64,000 bases of DNA from Candidatus Shapirobacteria bacterium (GCA_028704635.1 JAQWFB010000002.1:693-64692), one strand, 5' to 3'. Counted from the first letter of the stretch, positions 47,466 to 57,835 are shown. Program-made: numbers and translations. The notes: generated by a model from the letters alone, not told the origin.

Positions 47466-48062
47466 ATGCCAAAAACTTCTGCAAAAACTAACAAAAAAGA
47501 GTTTCTTTTCAAACTCTCATCTTTAGAACCAAGCTTTGATGCCGCTTGGTACGTTGTTAATACTTATTCTGGTCACGAATACAAAGCTATCGAAGCTCTA
47601 AAAACTAGAATTAAAACTATGGGGTTGGAAGATAAAATTTTTCAAGCCATTGTCCCAATTCAAAGTAAAATGGTCATTCGTCGCGGTCAAAAAATTAAAA
47701 CCCAGGAAAAAACTTTTCCCGGTTATGTTTTAATTCAAATGGTTTTAACCGACGATTCTTGGATTACCGTCCGCACTACTCAAGGTGTTACTGGATTTAT
47801 CGGCATCGAAAACACTCCATCTCCAATTTCCCAAAAAGAAGTTGATCAAATTCTTCAAACTACCGAAGAAGACAAACCAAAATATCAAGCTCCATTTGCT
47901 ATTGGGGACGTCGTCAAAATTACTAATGGTCCATTCGCTGATTTCATTGGTACTATCGAATCAATCGATCAAGAAAAAGGTAAGATTAGAGTTTTAATCT
48001 CTATTTTCGAACGCGAAACCCCAGTCGAACTCGACTTTTTACAGGTTAGTAAAGAACTCTAA
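47466..48062 (+). CDS. nusG: Transcription termination/antitermination factor NusG (N-terminal extension)
   Basis: NGN domain WYVVNTYSGHE. C-terminal KOW GDVVKITNGPFADFIG. Confidence 0.85.
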   Translation: MPKTSAKTNKKEFLFKLSSLEPSFDAAWYVVNTYSGHEYKAIEALKTRIKTMGLEDKIFQAIVPIQSKMVIRRGQKIKTQEKTFPGYVLIQMVLTDDSWITVRTTQGVTGFIGIENTPSPISQKEVDQILQTTEEDKPKYQAPFAIGDVVKITNGPFADFIGTIESIDQEKGKIRVLISIFERETPVELDFLQVSKEL

Positions 48063-48103
48063 CTTTATAACTTGACAAACTTTATAACTTTAAAAACTAA
48101 ATT

Positions 48104-48529
48104 ATGGCTAAAAAAATAAAAACAATTGTCAAATTAACTATTCCCGCTGGAAGCGCTAATCCAGCCCCTCCAGTCGGTACTGCTCTTGGTCCTCACGGTA
48201 TCAAGATTATGGATTTCTGTAACGAGTTCAATGAAAAAACCAAAGAAATGCGTGGCAGTCTTATCCCTTCTGTTATCACCATCTTCGAAGATCGTTCTTT
48301 TGAATTCATTATTAAAAAACCACCAGTTTCCGACATGATTAAAAAAATGACTGGCATTTCCAAAGGTGCTGTCACTCCTGGCCGCGAAAAAATTGCTAAA
48401 TTAACCATGGCCCAAGTCGAAGAAATCGCTAAAAATAAAATTGAAGATTTAAATACTAAAGATTTAGAAGCTGCTAAAAAATCAGTTATGGGCACTGCCA
48501 AATCCATGGGTGTCGAAATCATTCAATAA
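48104..48529 (+). CDS. rplK: 50S ribosomal protein L11
   Basis: [24 protein letters not shown] signature. Confidence 0.9.
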   Translation: MAKKIKTIVKLTIPAGSANPAPPVGTALGPHGIKIMDFCNEFNEKTKEMRGSLIPSVITIFEDRSFEFIIKKPPVSDMIKKMTGISKGAVTPGREKIAKLTMAQVEEIAKNKIEDLNTKDLEAAKKSVMGTAKSMGVEIIQ

Positions 48530-48530
48530 G

Positions 48531-48589
48531 AGTCTCCCTTGTCAAAGGGAGAAACATCGCGTTAGCGATGAGAGGGATTTAATCCAAAA
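48531..48589 (+). repeat. Structured element between rplK and rplA: second copy of the agtctcccttgtcaaaggga repeat carrying an extra hairpin (atcgcgttagcgat). Could double as L1 autoregulatory leader
   Basis: Identical 20-nt core with 12847-12866. Nested hairpins seen directly. Confidence 0.6.
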
Positions 48590-48613
48590 ATTATAAATTT
48601 AAAAAACAAAACT

Positions 48614-49357
48614 ATGAGCAAAACCACTCAAGAAAACAAGGCCAAAAAAGCCAAAGAACAAACCAAAGTGGAAGAGATTGTCAAAACTGACGATACTCAA
48701 AAGGCCGAAGAAGTTATTGAAACTTCAGAAACTCCACAAGAAGTCGCCGCAACCGTTAAAGTTGCTAAAAAGCGATCTAAAAAATATTCAGCCGCCAAGG
48801 CTAAGGTTGATGTTAATAAATATTATTCTCTCGCCGAAGCCGTCAAATTAGTTAAGGCTACTTCTCTTTCTAAATTTGAAGGTAAAGTTGAAGCTCATGT
48901 CACTATTTTTGATATTGGTAATATTGGTGAAATTAATTTCCCTCATCTCGAAACCGCCAGCAAAAAAGTGGTTATTTTAAATGACACTATTTTAGCTGAA
49001 ATTAAAGATGGTAAGATTGATTTTGATATTTTAATCGCCACCCCAGCTACCATGCCAAAATTATTGCCTTTAGCCAGAACTCTTGGTCCAAAAGGTTTAA
49101 TGCCTAATCCTAAAAATGGCACCTTAACCGACAAACCAGAAGAATCTCTTAAAAAACTTTCTGCCGCTAAAACCAATTTAAAAACTGAAAAGAAAGCTCC
49201 CGTTATTCATACTATTGTCGGTAAAATTTCGCAAAAAGACGAAGAAATTATTGACAATATTAAAGAACTCATCAAAGTCCTTAAGGTTAATAAAATTAAA
49301 AAATTAGTCCTTTGCGCCACCATGGGTCCATCAGTCAAGATCCTTATTGAAAAATAA
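48614..49357 (+). CDS. rplA: 50S ribosomal protein L1 with about 45-aa charged N-terminal extension
   Basis: YSLAEAVKLVK...KFEGKVEAHV, L1 fold regions. Confidence 0.85.
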   Translation: MSKTTQENKAKKAKEQTKVEEIVKTDDTQKAEEVIETSETPQEVAATVKVAKKRSKKYSAAKAKVDVNKYYSLAEAVKLVKATSLSKFEGKVEAHVTIFDIGNIGEINFPHLETASKKVVILNDTILAEIKDGKIDFDILIATPATMPKLLPLARTLGPKGLMPNPKNGTLTDKPEESLKKLSAAKTNLKTEKKAPVIHTIVGKISQKDEEIIDNIKELIKVLKVNKIKKLVLCATMGPSVKILIEK

Positions 49358-49422
49358 TATTTTTTCAAAAACACAAAACCCCTCCTAAAAACATTGGAGG
49401 GGTTTTTGGTAGAATCATACAA

Positions 49423-50097
49423 ATGACATTTTTAAATATTTTTTATTCTTTTATTCTTTACTCTTTTCTCGGCTGGATAATTGAAACTACATTTGTTTCT
49501 ATCAATCGAAAACAATTTGTTAATATGGGTTTTCTAGATGGACCTTTCAGTCCTATTTATGGCAGTGGCGCTTTGGCTGTTATTTTATTAGTCTTTCCTC
49601 TTCACCATAATTTTTTTCTCTTCTTTACCATGTCTATAATTGTTGCTTCGATTATAGAATATATCACCAGCCTTTTTTTTGAAAAATTTTTTAATATCAC
49701 TTGGTGGGATTATTCTAATAAACCTCTCAATATTCAAGGTCGAATTTGTCTTGAATATTCTTTTTATTGGGGAATTTTATCCGCTCTAGTCTTAACTTTT
49801 ATTCATCCTCGAATTATCCCCTTCGTTAATTTTCTTTCCGATTATATTGGTCTAATTGGTATTATTATTTTTGCGATCTATTTTGTAATCGACGCCACTG
49901 ATACTTTTAAAGACCTTCTTCGACTTAAAAAAACTATTTCTCAAAAAATCAGCCGCCGTATTATTTCTAATAAAAAAATCTATCGCCTTATCAATTCTTT
50001 TCCTGATTTCAAATCCAAAATCAATAATGATTTTGTCATTAAATTAAAAACAAAAATAAGATCAAATTACCACCGACCTGATAAAATACATAAGTGA
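49423..50097 (+). CDS. Polytopic membrane protein, putative ABC-transporter type IV (PF06541-like)
   Basis: FILYSFLGWIIETTF motif and 4-5 TM helices. Confidence 0.45.
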   Translation: MTFLNIFYSFILYSFLGWIIETTFVSINRKQFVNMGFLDGPFSPIYGSGALAVILLVFPLHHNFFLFFTMSIIVASIIEYITSLFFEKFFNITWWDYSNKPLNIQGRICLEYSFYWGILSALVLTFIHPRIIPFVNFLSDYIGLIGIIIFAIYFVIDATDTFKDLLRLKKTISQKISRRIISNKKIYRLINSFPDFKSKINNDFVIKLKTKIRSNYHRPDKIHK

Positions 50098-50795
50098 AAA
50101 AAAATATTAATACTAATTTAGTTTTTCTACACGGCTGGGGTGGTTGTTGGCAATCTTGGTTTCCAATTATCAAGGCTCTTGAAAAAGACTACACCATTTT
50201 TGCTCCAGACCTACCTGGACATGGTCAAGAAAAAATTGAAAAAGTTTTAACTCTTTCCGATTATTCCAATTTTGTCAAAAAATATTTAAAGGATAATCAC
50301 ATTAAAAACCCTATTCTTATTGGCCATTCTTTTGGTGGAGCTGTAATTTGTGACTTATTGATTAAAAATCCAGATTTATCTTCAAAAGTAATTCTCGTTG
50401 ATGCCGCCCCAATTCGACACACTCCATCTAATAAACAAAAAATAATTTCCTTTGTTAGTAAATCACTAAACAAAATTTCTTTTTTACGGGATATTGGTTA
50501 CCAAATCACTGGCCTAAAAAACAGTGATTATTACCAAATCAAAAACCCCCTACTCAAACAAACTTTTTCCACGGTCATTAGAGAAGATTTATCTGATAAA
50601 TTAAAGAATATTAAAGCTAAAACATTAATTATTTGGGGTGAAAACGATGCCGACACTCCCCTTACTGACGGTCTTAAGATTCAAAAACTGATTCCAAAAT
50701 CAACTATAAAAATTATCAAAAATGCCAGTCATTTTTCTTATCTCGATAATCAACCAAAATTTATCACCGAAATTAAAAATTTTATTGAATCATGA
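50094..50795 (+). CDS. Alpha/beta-fold hydrolase
   Basis: VFLHGWGG...GHSFGG nucleophile elbow. Confidence 0.7.
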   Translation: MKKNINTNLVFLHGWGGCWQSWFPIIKALEKDYTIFAPDLPGHGQEKIEKVLTLSDYSNFVKKYLKDNHIKNPILIGHSFGGAVICDLLIKNPDLSSKVILVDAAPIRHTPSNKQKIISFVSKSLNKISFLRDIGYQITGLKNSDYYQIKNPLLKQTFSTVIREDLSDKLKNIKAKTLIIWGENDADTPLTDGLKIQKLIPKSTIKIIKNASHFSYLDNQPKFITEIKNFIES

Positions 50796-51979
50796 AAATC
50801 AGAAATCTAATTTATCTTGCCCAACTCGAAGAATATCAGCCTGACCTAATTAAAAAATGGCTCAAAAATAATCCCGGCAAATCCGTCATTGAAATCAAAC
50901 ATCATTTAAAATTAACCTCAAAAACATGTCTAATTTATTTTTTAACTTCATTTTTTTCTCTTTTTTTAAACAATCAAAAAGCTCTATTTTTAACTCTAAA
51001 TTTATTATCACCATTTGATAAATTTTTTAAAAATATCTTAATCAAACTCGCCACTTTTAAATTCAAAATTTTTAACAAAAAAACAATTGTTATTGCCATT
51101 ACCGGATCTTGGGGTAAAACCACTACTAAAGAAGCTCTTTATGCTATTTTTAAAAACACTCCTCATGTTTTTTATACTCCCTCCAACCATAACACCATTC
51201 TTTCTATCGCCAAACAAGTTTTGTTTTTACCCACTTCAGCTAAAATTTTCATCTGTGAAATTGGTGCCTATCAACAAGATGATATTAAAAAAGTTTGTCA
51301 AATTATTAAACCCCAAATTGGCATTCTCACCGCTATCGGACCTATGCATTTAGAACGATTTGGTTCCCTAGAAAATATTTTAAAAACAAAAATGGAGTTA
51401 GCCGAAAGTTTACCTAAAAATGGAATTTTTTGGGCTCCTAAAAATCTGGTTTCGCAAATTCAAAAATTTTCTCTTCCCAAAAATACAAATTATTTTACTG
51501 ATTATTCTCAAATTTATTTTTCATTAGCTTTTAATTTTAATATTTCTCAAAAAGATGTTCAAAAAACCTTAGATTCTCTTCCTCCAGCCGAAAATCGTCA
51601 ACAAATAATTAAAAATGGACCCATTACTATTATCGACGACACTTATAATTCCAATCCAGCCGGATTTAAATTAGCTCTCGATAAGCTCCAAAAAATAAAA
51701 TCGGACCAAAAAATATTAATTACACCGGGAATGATTGAGTTAGGACCAATGCAATTTTCTGAAAACGCCAGACTGGCTAATATTGCTGGTAAAACTTGCG
51801 ATCACATTATTATTGTCGGCCAAACTAATAAAGAAGCCTGGATTTCAGGATTAAAAAATACATCCGCCAAAATCCACCTTATTCAAAATCTTTCTGAAAC
51901 AGAAACTCTTCTTCCTTCAATTTATCAAGGCACCACCGCTGTCTTATTTGAAAACGACCTTGGCGATCAATACTTCTAA
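50792..51979 (+). CDS. murF: Mur ligase family protein, MurF-like (lacks N-terminal domain)
   Basis: IAITGSWGKTTTKEAL P-loop, DDTYNSNP motif. Adjacent to ddl. Confidence 0.6.
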   Translation: MKIRNLIYLAQLEEYQPDLIKKWLKNNPGKSVIEIKHHLKLTSKTCLIYFLTSFFSLFLNNQKALFLTLNLLSPFDKFFKNILIKLATFKFKIFNKKTIVIAITGSWGKTTTKEALYAIFKNTPHVFYTPSNHNTILSIAKQVLFLPTSAKIFICEIGAYQQDDIKKVCQIIKPQIGILTAIGPMHLERFGSLENILKTKMELAESLPKNGIFWAPKNLVSQIQKFSLPKNTNYFTDYSQIYFSLAFNFNISQKDVQKTLDSLPPAENRQQIIKNGPITIIDDTYNSNPAGFKLALDKLQKIKSDQKILITPGMIELGPMQFSENARLANIAGKTCDHIIIVGQTNKEAWISGLKNTSAKIHLIQNLSETETLLPSIYQGTTAVLFENDLGDQYF

Positions 51980-53107
51980 TTAATTACCAAATTTAACCCC
52001 ACCCTTAGCCGATTTGAGTAATTTTGTCTCAAAACTTCTTTGTAATTTTGACATTTTATTAAATCTTTCGAATCCTAAATCAATTAATTTATTTAATAGC
52101 TGAACATAGTTATACCCAGACTTTTCCCATAAATAAAAAGAAACCCCACCTGGCATAGTATTAATTTCATTAATATAAATTTTCCCCTTTTTAATGTTTA
52201 CTAAAAAATCAATTCTCGATACTCCACTCGCTCCTATTACCCTAAACGCTCTCTTTGCATAATCTTGAATTTGATCTCGCAATTTATCCTTAATTGGTGC
52301 TGGAACTAATCTGGTCATCCCCGCCATTCCTTTAGTTTTACTACCTCCTAAATATTTTTCATCATAACTCAATATTTTATCTCCTTTTATTGGTTGTTCA
52401 CAAACAGACGCTTCTAAATTATCCACCCCCATTACAGCACAATTAATTTCATCAATTCCAATTAAAGCCTCTTCGATTAATATTTTTCTATCAAATTCCT
52501 CAGCCACTTGAATTGCCCATTCCAATTCATTTCTATTTTTAGCAAAATTAATTCCAATACTTGATCCTAAATTTGCCGGTTTAATACACATTGGATATCT
52601 AATTACTTTTTCTAGTCTTTTTATTATTATTTCTTTATTAGATTCATATTCCCAATTCATAAACCAATCATATTTCACCACTGGTATTCCTTCCTTTTCA
52701 AAAACTTCCTTTTGGATAACTTTATCCATTCCTACTGCCGACGCTGTCACTCCACAACCGACATAAGGTATTCCCATCATCTCTAATAATCCCTGTATTG
52801 TTCCATCTTCACCATAAGCACCGTGAAGTGCTGGAAAAATAATATCAAAATCTTTATTTATACCAGTTCCCACCGACATTTTATATTCAACCAAATCAGT
52901 TTTATTTTTTAAATCCAAATTGAAATACGATTCCAACTTATCCAAATCTTTGCCAATGTACCATTTTCCATTTTTATTAATGTATATTGGTGTTACTTCA
53001 TATTTTTCTTTATCCAAAGCCGCAAAAATTTCCATCGCCGTCACAATTGATACCTCATGCTCCACACTTCGACTTCCAAACAATACCCCTACTTTTATTT
53101 TCTTCAT
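51980..53107 (-). CDS. ddl: D-alanine--D-alanine ligase
   Basis: KVGVLFGSRSVEHEVS N-terminus, ATP-grasp motifs. Confidence 0.85.
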   Translation of the reverse strand: MKKIKVGVLFGSRSVEHEVSIVTAMEIFAALDKEKYEVTPIYINKNGKWYIGKDLDKLESYFNLDLKNKTDLVEYKMSVGTGINKDFDIIFPALHGAYGEDGTIQGLLEMMGIPYVGCGVTASAVGMDKVIQKEVFEKEGIPVVKYDWFMNWEYESNKEIIIKRLEKVIRYPMCIKPANLGSSIGINFAKNRNELEWAIQVAEEFDRKILIEEALIGIDEINCAVMGVDNLEASVCEQPIKGDKILSYDEKYLGGSKTKGMAGMTRLVPAPIKDKLRDQIQDYAKRAFRVIGASGVSRIDFLVNIKKGKIYINEINTMPGGVSFYLWEKSGYNYVQLLNKLIDLGFERFNKMSKLQRSFETKLLKSAKGGVKFGN

Positions 53108-53122
53108 AAAAAATTATACCAT

Positions 53123-53698
53123 TTAAGCTCTAAATTCCTTATCCTTTTTCATCTCGTGTTCAATCAAATTCCTCAAAAACACTGATCGTGGCTGCATTCT
53201 TTTTTGTGCCACCCAATCCAAATAATTCAAAATTCTTGGATTAACGAAAAAATTAAATCTCACATCAATTAAACTGTCTGCTTTTTTTAATGCTTCTTTT
53301 ATCACCTGCTCAACATTATCTTTATCATATTCCGAAATTATCAATTTTGGATCATTAATACCCTTAATAAAAACCGGCACATGTTCCTTTTTATGTAAAG
53401 CAATCACTGGTTTATTCATCTCCAAAGCATTACTAATCAAATAACCCATCGACATACTATGTCCCGAAACTTCCATTATCACAATATCTGCCTTTTTAAC
53501 TGAATCAATTGACTGGATATAATTTTCTCTTTTTATTTTCTGTGGCACCCCACTCATATCTCTCACACCCGTTTTCACCCATCTCATCACTTTATCACTA
53601 ACCATTTTCCCTTCAGCCAACAAACACGAATACATCCTCGAATACAATTTTGGATCAATATCTACCAATCTGGCAGATGCTACAAAATATAATTTCAT
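53123..53698 (-). CDS. Hypothetical protein (Rossmann-like N-domain, RHH-like C-terminus)
   Basis: ORF. No firm homology. Confidence 0.4.
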   Translation of the reverse strand: MKLYFVASARLVDIDPKLYSRMYSCLLAEGKMVSDKVMRWVKTGVRDMSGVPQKIKRENYIQSIDSVKKADIVIMEVSGHSMSMGYLISNALEMNKPVIALHKKEHVPVFIKGINDPKLIISEYDKDNVEQVIKEALKKADSLIDVRFNFFVNPRILNYLDWVAQKRMQPRSVFLRNLIEHEMKKDKEFRA

Positions 53699-53704
53699 AA
53701 ATCT

Positions 53705-54781
53705 CTACTTAATTATATCAAACTTTTCTTTAAAAAATCTTACATCTTGTTTAACCACTTTATCCCAATCTTGTTTTAAATTATGATCATTTTCCTCTCT
53801 AACATCCAAAATTACTTCTTTTCCCAACTCTTTTAATCTGTTTTGCAATTCTGATTGCCATTCCACTTTGCACCACACATCCGCCGTCCCCTGATGAATC
53901 AAAATCGGTGCCCCTACCCAATTATAAAAATTATCAATCGAATAAAGTTTACTGTCATATTCTTTTTCAAATTCATCAATTCGTGTTTTTACAATTTTCC
54001 CCGATTCACTATTTTCATCCATTGTGTCCAAGACACTGTTTGGAAAAGGATTAGTCATCGGCGCCCACAACACTGTTGGATAATTTCCTCCTGTAACTTC
54101 CAAAACCGAAATTGCAATCTGTCCACCATTACTGTGCGCCCAAATTCCAATTTTATTCGGATCCACAAAATCCAATTTTTTAACCGATTCAATTAAATCC
54201 AACACTCCCATTGGCTTCTCAAATCTCGCCTCTAAAATATCTTTTGATTCTCCATCGGACAAACCAAATCCTAAAAAATCTAAACTCACAGTTACAAAAC
54301 CATTTCTAGTCAATTCATCCGCCACTTTCCAACTACCAGAACCAATAAAATATCCCTCACTATCAGCAAAACCTCTAATCATAATAATCGCCGATGATTT
54401 TTTATTTTCATACTCTACTGGCAAATTCATCATTCCGCTTATCTTTTTTCCATTACTTTCAAAACTAATTGCTCTACTTTCAAAATCAAAAGTTTTTCCT
54501 TCCAAATCTCCTCTTTTTACTAATTCTTTTCTAGCTTCCATCACAGTTAAAACTTGACCTATCGTCTTAATTTCTGATGCTTTATTTATTCTTGTTTTTA
54601 AATTTTCAAAATTATATTGCGCCAAATAGCCAACATTTTTTTCTACCGCCGTCACTCCCACACCTGCACTCGCAGCAGAAATCATTTTTTTATCTTCTTT
54701 TGAAACCCACCATCCATCCGCCCAAGCCCAAAAACCCAAAGCTATTAATACAAAAAAAATAATAATAAATTTTTTTTTCAT
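53705..54781 (-). CDS. Exported alpha/beta hydrolase (S9/dienelactone-hydrolase-like)
   Basis: N-terminal TM. GIWAHSNGG nucleophile elbow. C-terminal His. Confidence 0.65.
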   Translation of the reverse strand: MKKKFIIIFFVLIALGFWAWADGWWVSKEDKKMISAASAGVGVTAVEKNVGYLAQYNFENLKTRINKASEIKTIGQVLTVMEARKELVKRGDLEGKTFDFESRAISFESNGKKISGMMNLPVEYENKKSSAIIMIRGFADSEGYFIGSGSWKVADELTRNGFVTVSLDFLGFGLSDGESKDILEARFEKPMGVLDLIESVKKLDFVDPNKIGIWAHSNGGQIAISVLEVTGGNYPTVLWAPMTNPFPNSVLDTMDENSESGKIVKTRIDEFEKEYDSKLYSIDNFYNWVGAPILIHQGTADVWCKVEWQSELQNRLKELGKEVILDVREENDHNLKQDWDKVVKQDVRFFKEKFDIIK

Positions 54782-54913
54782 CTTCTTATCCTTACATTAT
54801 AACCAACCAATATTTAAAATTGACAAACTCAAAAATCTGACTAAAATACCACTTATCTAAATAAAGTGGAATATTTGCATTTCACTTATGTACTTTTAAA
54901 ATCAAAATCAGTT

Positions 54914-54965
54914 GAGCAGGTGCTCGGCTTGGACATTAATTTGTGTCTAAACCGAGCACTTGCTC
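54914..54965 (+). promoter_or_regulatory. Long inverted repeat gagcaggtgctcgg...ccgagcacttgctc upstream of 54996 gene
   Basis: 14-bp arms (1 mismatch), 24-nt loop, GC-rich in AT-rich context. Confidence 0.35.
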
Positions 54966-54995
54966 GAAAAATAAAAAGAAAAAGGAGACTTTGAT

Positions 54996-55418
54996 ATGCA
55001 GACTATTTGCCACGAGAAAAAAAACCAAAAACCCAGCCAACGACTCATAAAAGAGGAATTGTTGTTATTGTCAGACGATCTTCAGAATTTTTTTAAGGAT
55101 AACAACAACAAAACGGGTACTATTTTCACTAGAATTTTCCAAAAATTGGAAAATATTGACCTCGTAACCAAGAGTATTGATTCCGAAATTCTTCTCTCAA
55201 TTTTAGTTATTTGCTGCAACAAAAAAAGCCAGATACCCGAAAAAATATGGCTCAAACTCGAAGCTGCAATCATCCGCAACATTCAAAATACCAAAAACCC
55301 AGCCTTTTTCAAAACCGCTAAAAACAGAACTTCTCTTTTTCAACAGTTCCATAACAGTAGTGAAATAATCTCTACTATTGCCGATTTTACAGAAAAAAAA
55401 TCCAAACAAGCAAACTGA
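54996..55418 (+). CDS. Hypothetical protein (140 aa)
   Basis: ORF with SD aaaggagac. Confidence 0.45.
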   Translation: MQTICHEKKNQKPSQRLIKEELLLLSDDLQNFFKDNNNKTGTIFTRIFQKLENIDLVTKSIDSEILLSILVICCNKKSQIPEKIWLKLEAAIIRNIQNTKNPAFFKTAKNRTSLFQQFHNSSEIISTIADFTEKKSKQAN

Positions 55419-55560
55419 TTTTGATTCCCAAGCCCGAAGCGTTTTTGAATTTTATATTCAATTACACCTCGGGCCTTTAATTGGCCTATAACTTGAAATT
55501 AGACCTATAACTTGATACAATCCCCTGTTCATTAAAAATCAATGAAAGAAGGTTTTGTAA

Positions 55561-56532
55561 GTGAAGAAAGATTTTTTGTTTGTCTCAGACATTCACGGCA
55601 GAAATGCCAAAATGGAAGTTGAACTATCGTTAATTGCTCAAAATAAACAGTCGAAACCAAAAATTGTTGTCTTTACTGGCGACATTGTCGGCACCTTTCT
55701 TTTGGATCAGCTTCAAAAGCTGTTCTATAATGGCGTCTACAACCACATTAAAAAACTATTATCAACAAATCCCAATCCCACCAATGAAGAAATTCTCTGG
55801 TTTCCGACAGAAAACGGGCTAACTCTTATCGATGGAGCTATTAACCTATGGAATTTTCTTGATAATTTAGATTATTCTGAAACTGATCCACCTAATATGG
55901 CCGATTACGTTCGAGAATTAGTCGAATATGTTCATTTTGGACATTTTGTCTCCAATCTTCCCAAAAAAATCTGTGATATTTTGAGGCAAGATATGGAAAA
56001 AAATGCCAAAATCTGGGCTGATATCATGACCCAATTTACCGACCAAGAAACTCTGGTTGTTGTTAATGCAGGTAATTGGGATGCCCGCCATCCGTTGGAT
56101 TTTTATCCAACAAAAGAATGCAAACCATTACCCGTCGAAGAAAGAGCTTTTTACTTTAAAGATTTTCTAAAATCATTAAATGAAAAAATCCTCTACTTTG
56201 ACAAAACAGACACAATCGAAACTGAAAACGAAATATTCGTTATCCTGCCATTTGACAGCGCCATCAATCTTGATCTTCCTAAACCTATCGCCACCGATAA
56301 AAAAATAGTTCTTATTTCACATGCCCAAGTTAACTGGCATGCCATTAAAGGTGATACACCAATGACAGCAGAGGGACAAAAAATTCAAGAGAATATGGAA
56401 AAAATTATTGCATTCTTGCATCCCGATTACGTCATCCATGGTCACCTTCACGATCCAGTTCCAGACTATTTATTCAACGGCATTCCCGTTAAATATTTAC
56501 CTCAGGGAACTTGTCGCTTCATTGATTTTTGA
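55561..56532 (+). CDS. Calcineurin-like metallophosphoesterase
   Basis: DIHG, GDIVG, GHLHD metal-binding motifs. Confidence 0.7.
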   Translation: MKKDFLFVSDIHGRNAKMEVELSLIAQNKQSKPKIVVFTGDIVGTFLLDQLQKLFYNGVYNHIKKLLSTNPNPTNEEILWFPTENGLTLIDGAINLWNFLDNLDYSETDPPNMADYVRELVEYVHFGHFVSNLPKKICDILRQDMEKNAKIWADIMTQFTDQETLVVVNAGNWDARHPLDFYPTKECKPLPVEERAFYFKDFLKSLNEKILYFDKTDTIETENEIFVILPFDSAINLDLPKPIATDKKIVLISHAQVNWHAIKGDTPMTAEGQKIQENMEKIIAFLHPDYVIHGHLHDPVPDYLFNGIPVKYLPQGTCRFIDF

Positions 56533-56537
56533 TTCAA

Positions 56538-56578
56538 ACCCCGGGTTGCGCCAAAACGCATAAACCCGGGGTCTTTTT
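56538..56578 (+). terminator. Intrinsic terminator aaccccgggtt...aacccggggtc-T6
   Basis: 9-bp GC stem, T-run. Confidence 0.7.
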
Positions 56579-56652
56579 TCGTGGTAAAATCCACCGTCCC
56601 TTTAAAATCTGTTAAACTAATTTAAATTAATAAAAGAAAGAAGGAGTTTCTT

Positions 56653-57615
56653 GTGAATAGTCAGGAAAAAATATTGGAAGTAATTAAAAAATTTCAATTT
56701 GAAATCGTCAAAACTGTTGTTTTCGGTATTAAAAATTCAACAGGTAATCTAAGCGATGTTTCTAGTCAAGGTAATGGTGATATTTCATACAAAATTGATT
56801 CGTTTGCTGAAAGTAAAATTGATGGTTTAGGTAAGAAAATAATTAGTCTCGGTTATTCTGTCGAAATCACTGCCGAGGGTATTGGTAAAAGGAAATATTT
56901 AGTTAGTAATAATTCCACCCCCGATTTTGCCATTATTATCGACCCTATCGACGGCACCAGAGGTATCATGTACGATTTTCGTAGTGCCTTTGTTCTTACG
57001 GGTGTCGCCCCATATCGACCAGAAGGTAATACTCTTAACGATATTGAAATTGCAGTCCAAACCGAAATTCCTACCTCCAAACAAGACCGTATTTCTATCC
57101 TTTGGGCCATCAAAAATTATGGTGCCTATCATCAAATTTTTGATCTAAAAACCAAAAAAATAACCAACGAACCTATTAAAACTTCTTCTGAAAAAAATCT
57201 TGATCACGGTTTTGCCGTTTTTGTGAATTTTTTTCCGGGAGTAAAAGAAAAAATTGGCCAAATTGCCGATCTAGTTTTTCAAAAAGTCCAAAAAAATAAA
57301 GAAAAAAAATATTCTGTTATTTTTGACGACCAATATATTTCCAATGCTGGTCAAATTTATCTCATGACCACTGGTAAATATCGTTTTGTTGCCGATATCC
57401 GTCCAATTTTTGGAGAATTATCTGGCCTTACCGCCCACCCTTATGATCTTTGCACTATTCTAATTGCCACCGAAGCCGGCGCGATTTTTACCAACCTCAA
57501 CGGTAAAAATATAGATTACCCTTTCGACACTGACACTAAATGCGGTTTTATTGCCTACGCCAACCAAGATTTGCAAAATCTAATTGAACCCATACTTCTA
57601 CCTTTATTAAAATAA
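56653..57615 (+). CDS. Inositol-monophosphatase/FBPase-family phosphatase
   Basis: IIDPIDGT motif, 320 aa. Confidence 0.6.
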   Translation: MNSQEKILEVIKKFQFEIVKTVVFGIKNSTGNLSDVSSQGNGDISYKIDSFAESKIDGLGKKIISLGYSVEITAEGIGKRKYLVSNNSTPDFAIIIDPIDGTRGIMYDFRSAFVLTGVAPYRPEGNTLNDIEIAVQTEIPTSKQDRISILWAIKNYGAYHQIFDLKTKKITNEPIKTSSEKNLDHGFAVFVNFFPGVKEKIGQIADLVFQKVQKNKEKKYSVIFDDQYISNAGQIYLMTTGKYRFVADIRPIFGELSGLTAHPYDLCTILIATEAGAIFTNLNGKNIDYPFDTDTKCGFIAYANQDLQNLIEPILLPLLK

Positions 57616-57805
57616 AATTTAACAGACCTTTGGCCTCGGCTATTGATATTTTTATCAAAACCGAGGCTTTTTTTATTAAAAAATGACAAATTTTAGTTAA
57701 ACGACAAATTTATCTTTTTATCTGTTATAATAACCCCATCAACCGAAGACAGCCGGCACTCAAATAAGTCCAGCCGAGGCAAAACAATTTATTTGTTTTA
57801 ATTGC

Positions 57806-57835
57806 GCCTCGATCTTCGAGGCCCTTTTTATTTAA
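57806..57835 (+). promoter_or_regulatory. rplJ leader hairpin (gcgcctcgatcttcgaggccc-T5), likely L10 autoregulatory/attenuator element
   Basis: GC-rich hairpin and T-run immediately upstream of rplJ start. Confidence 0.45.

Noticed and set aside
48531-48589. Calling the rplK-rplA element definitively an L1 leader
   Set aside because: A near-identical core inside an unrelated coding gene (12847) argues it may be a dispersed repeat. Left ambiguous.
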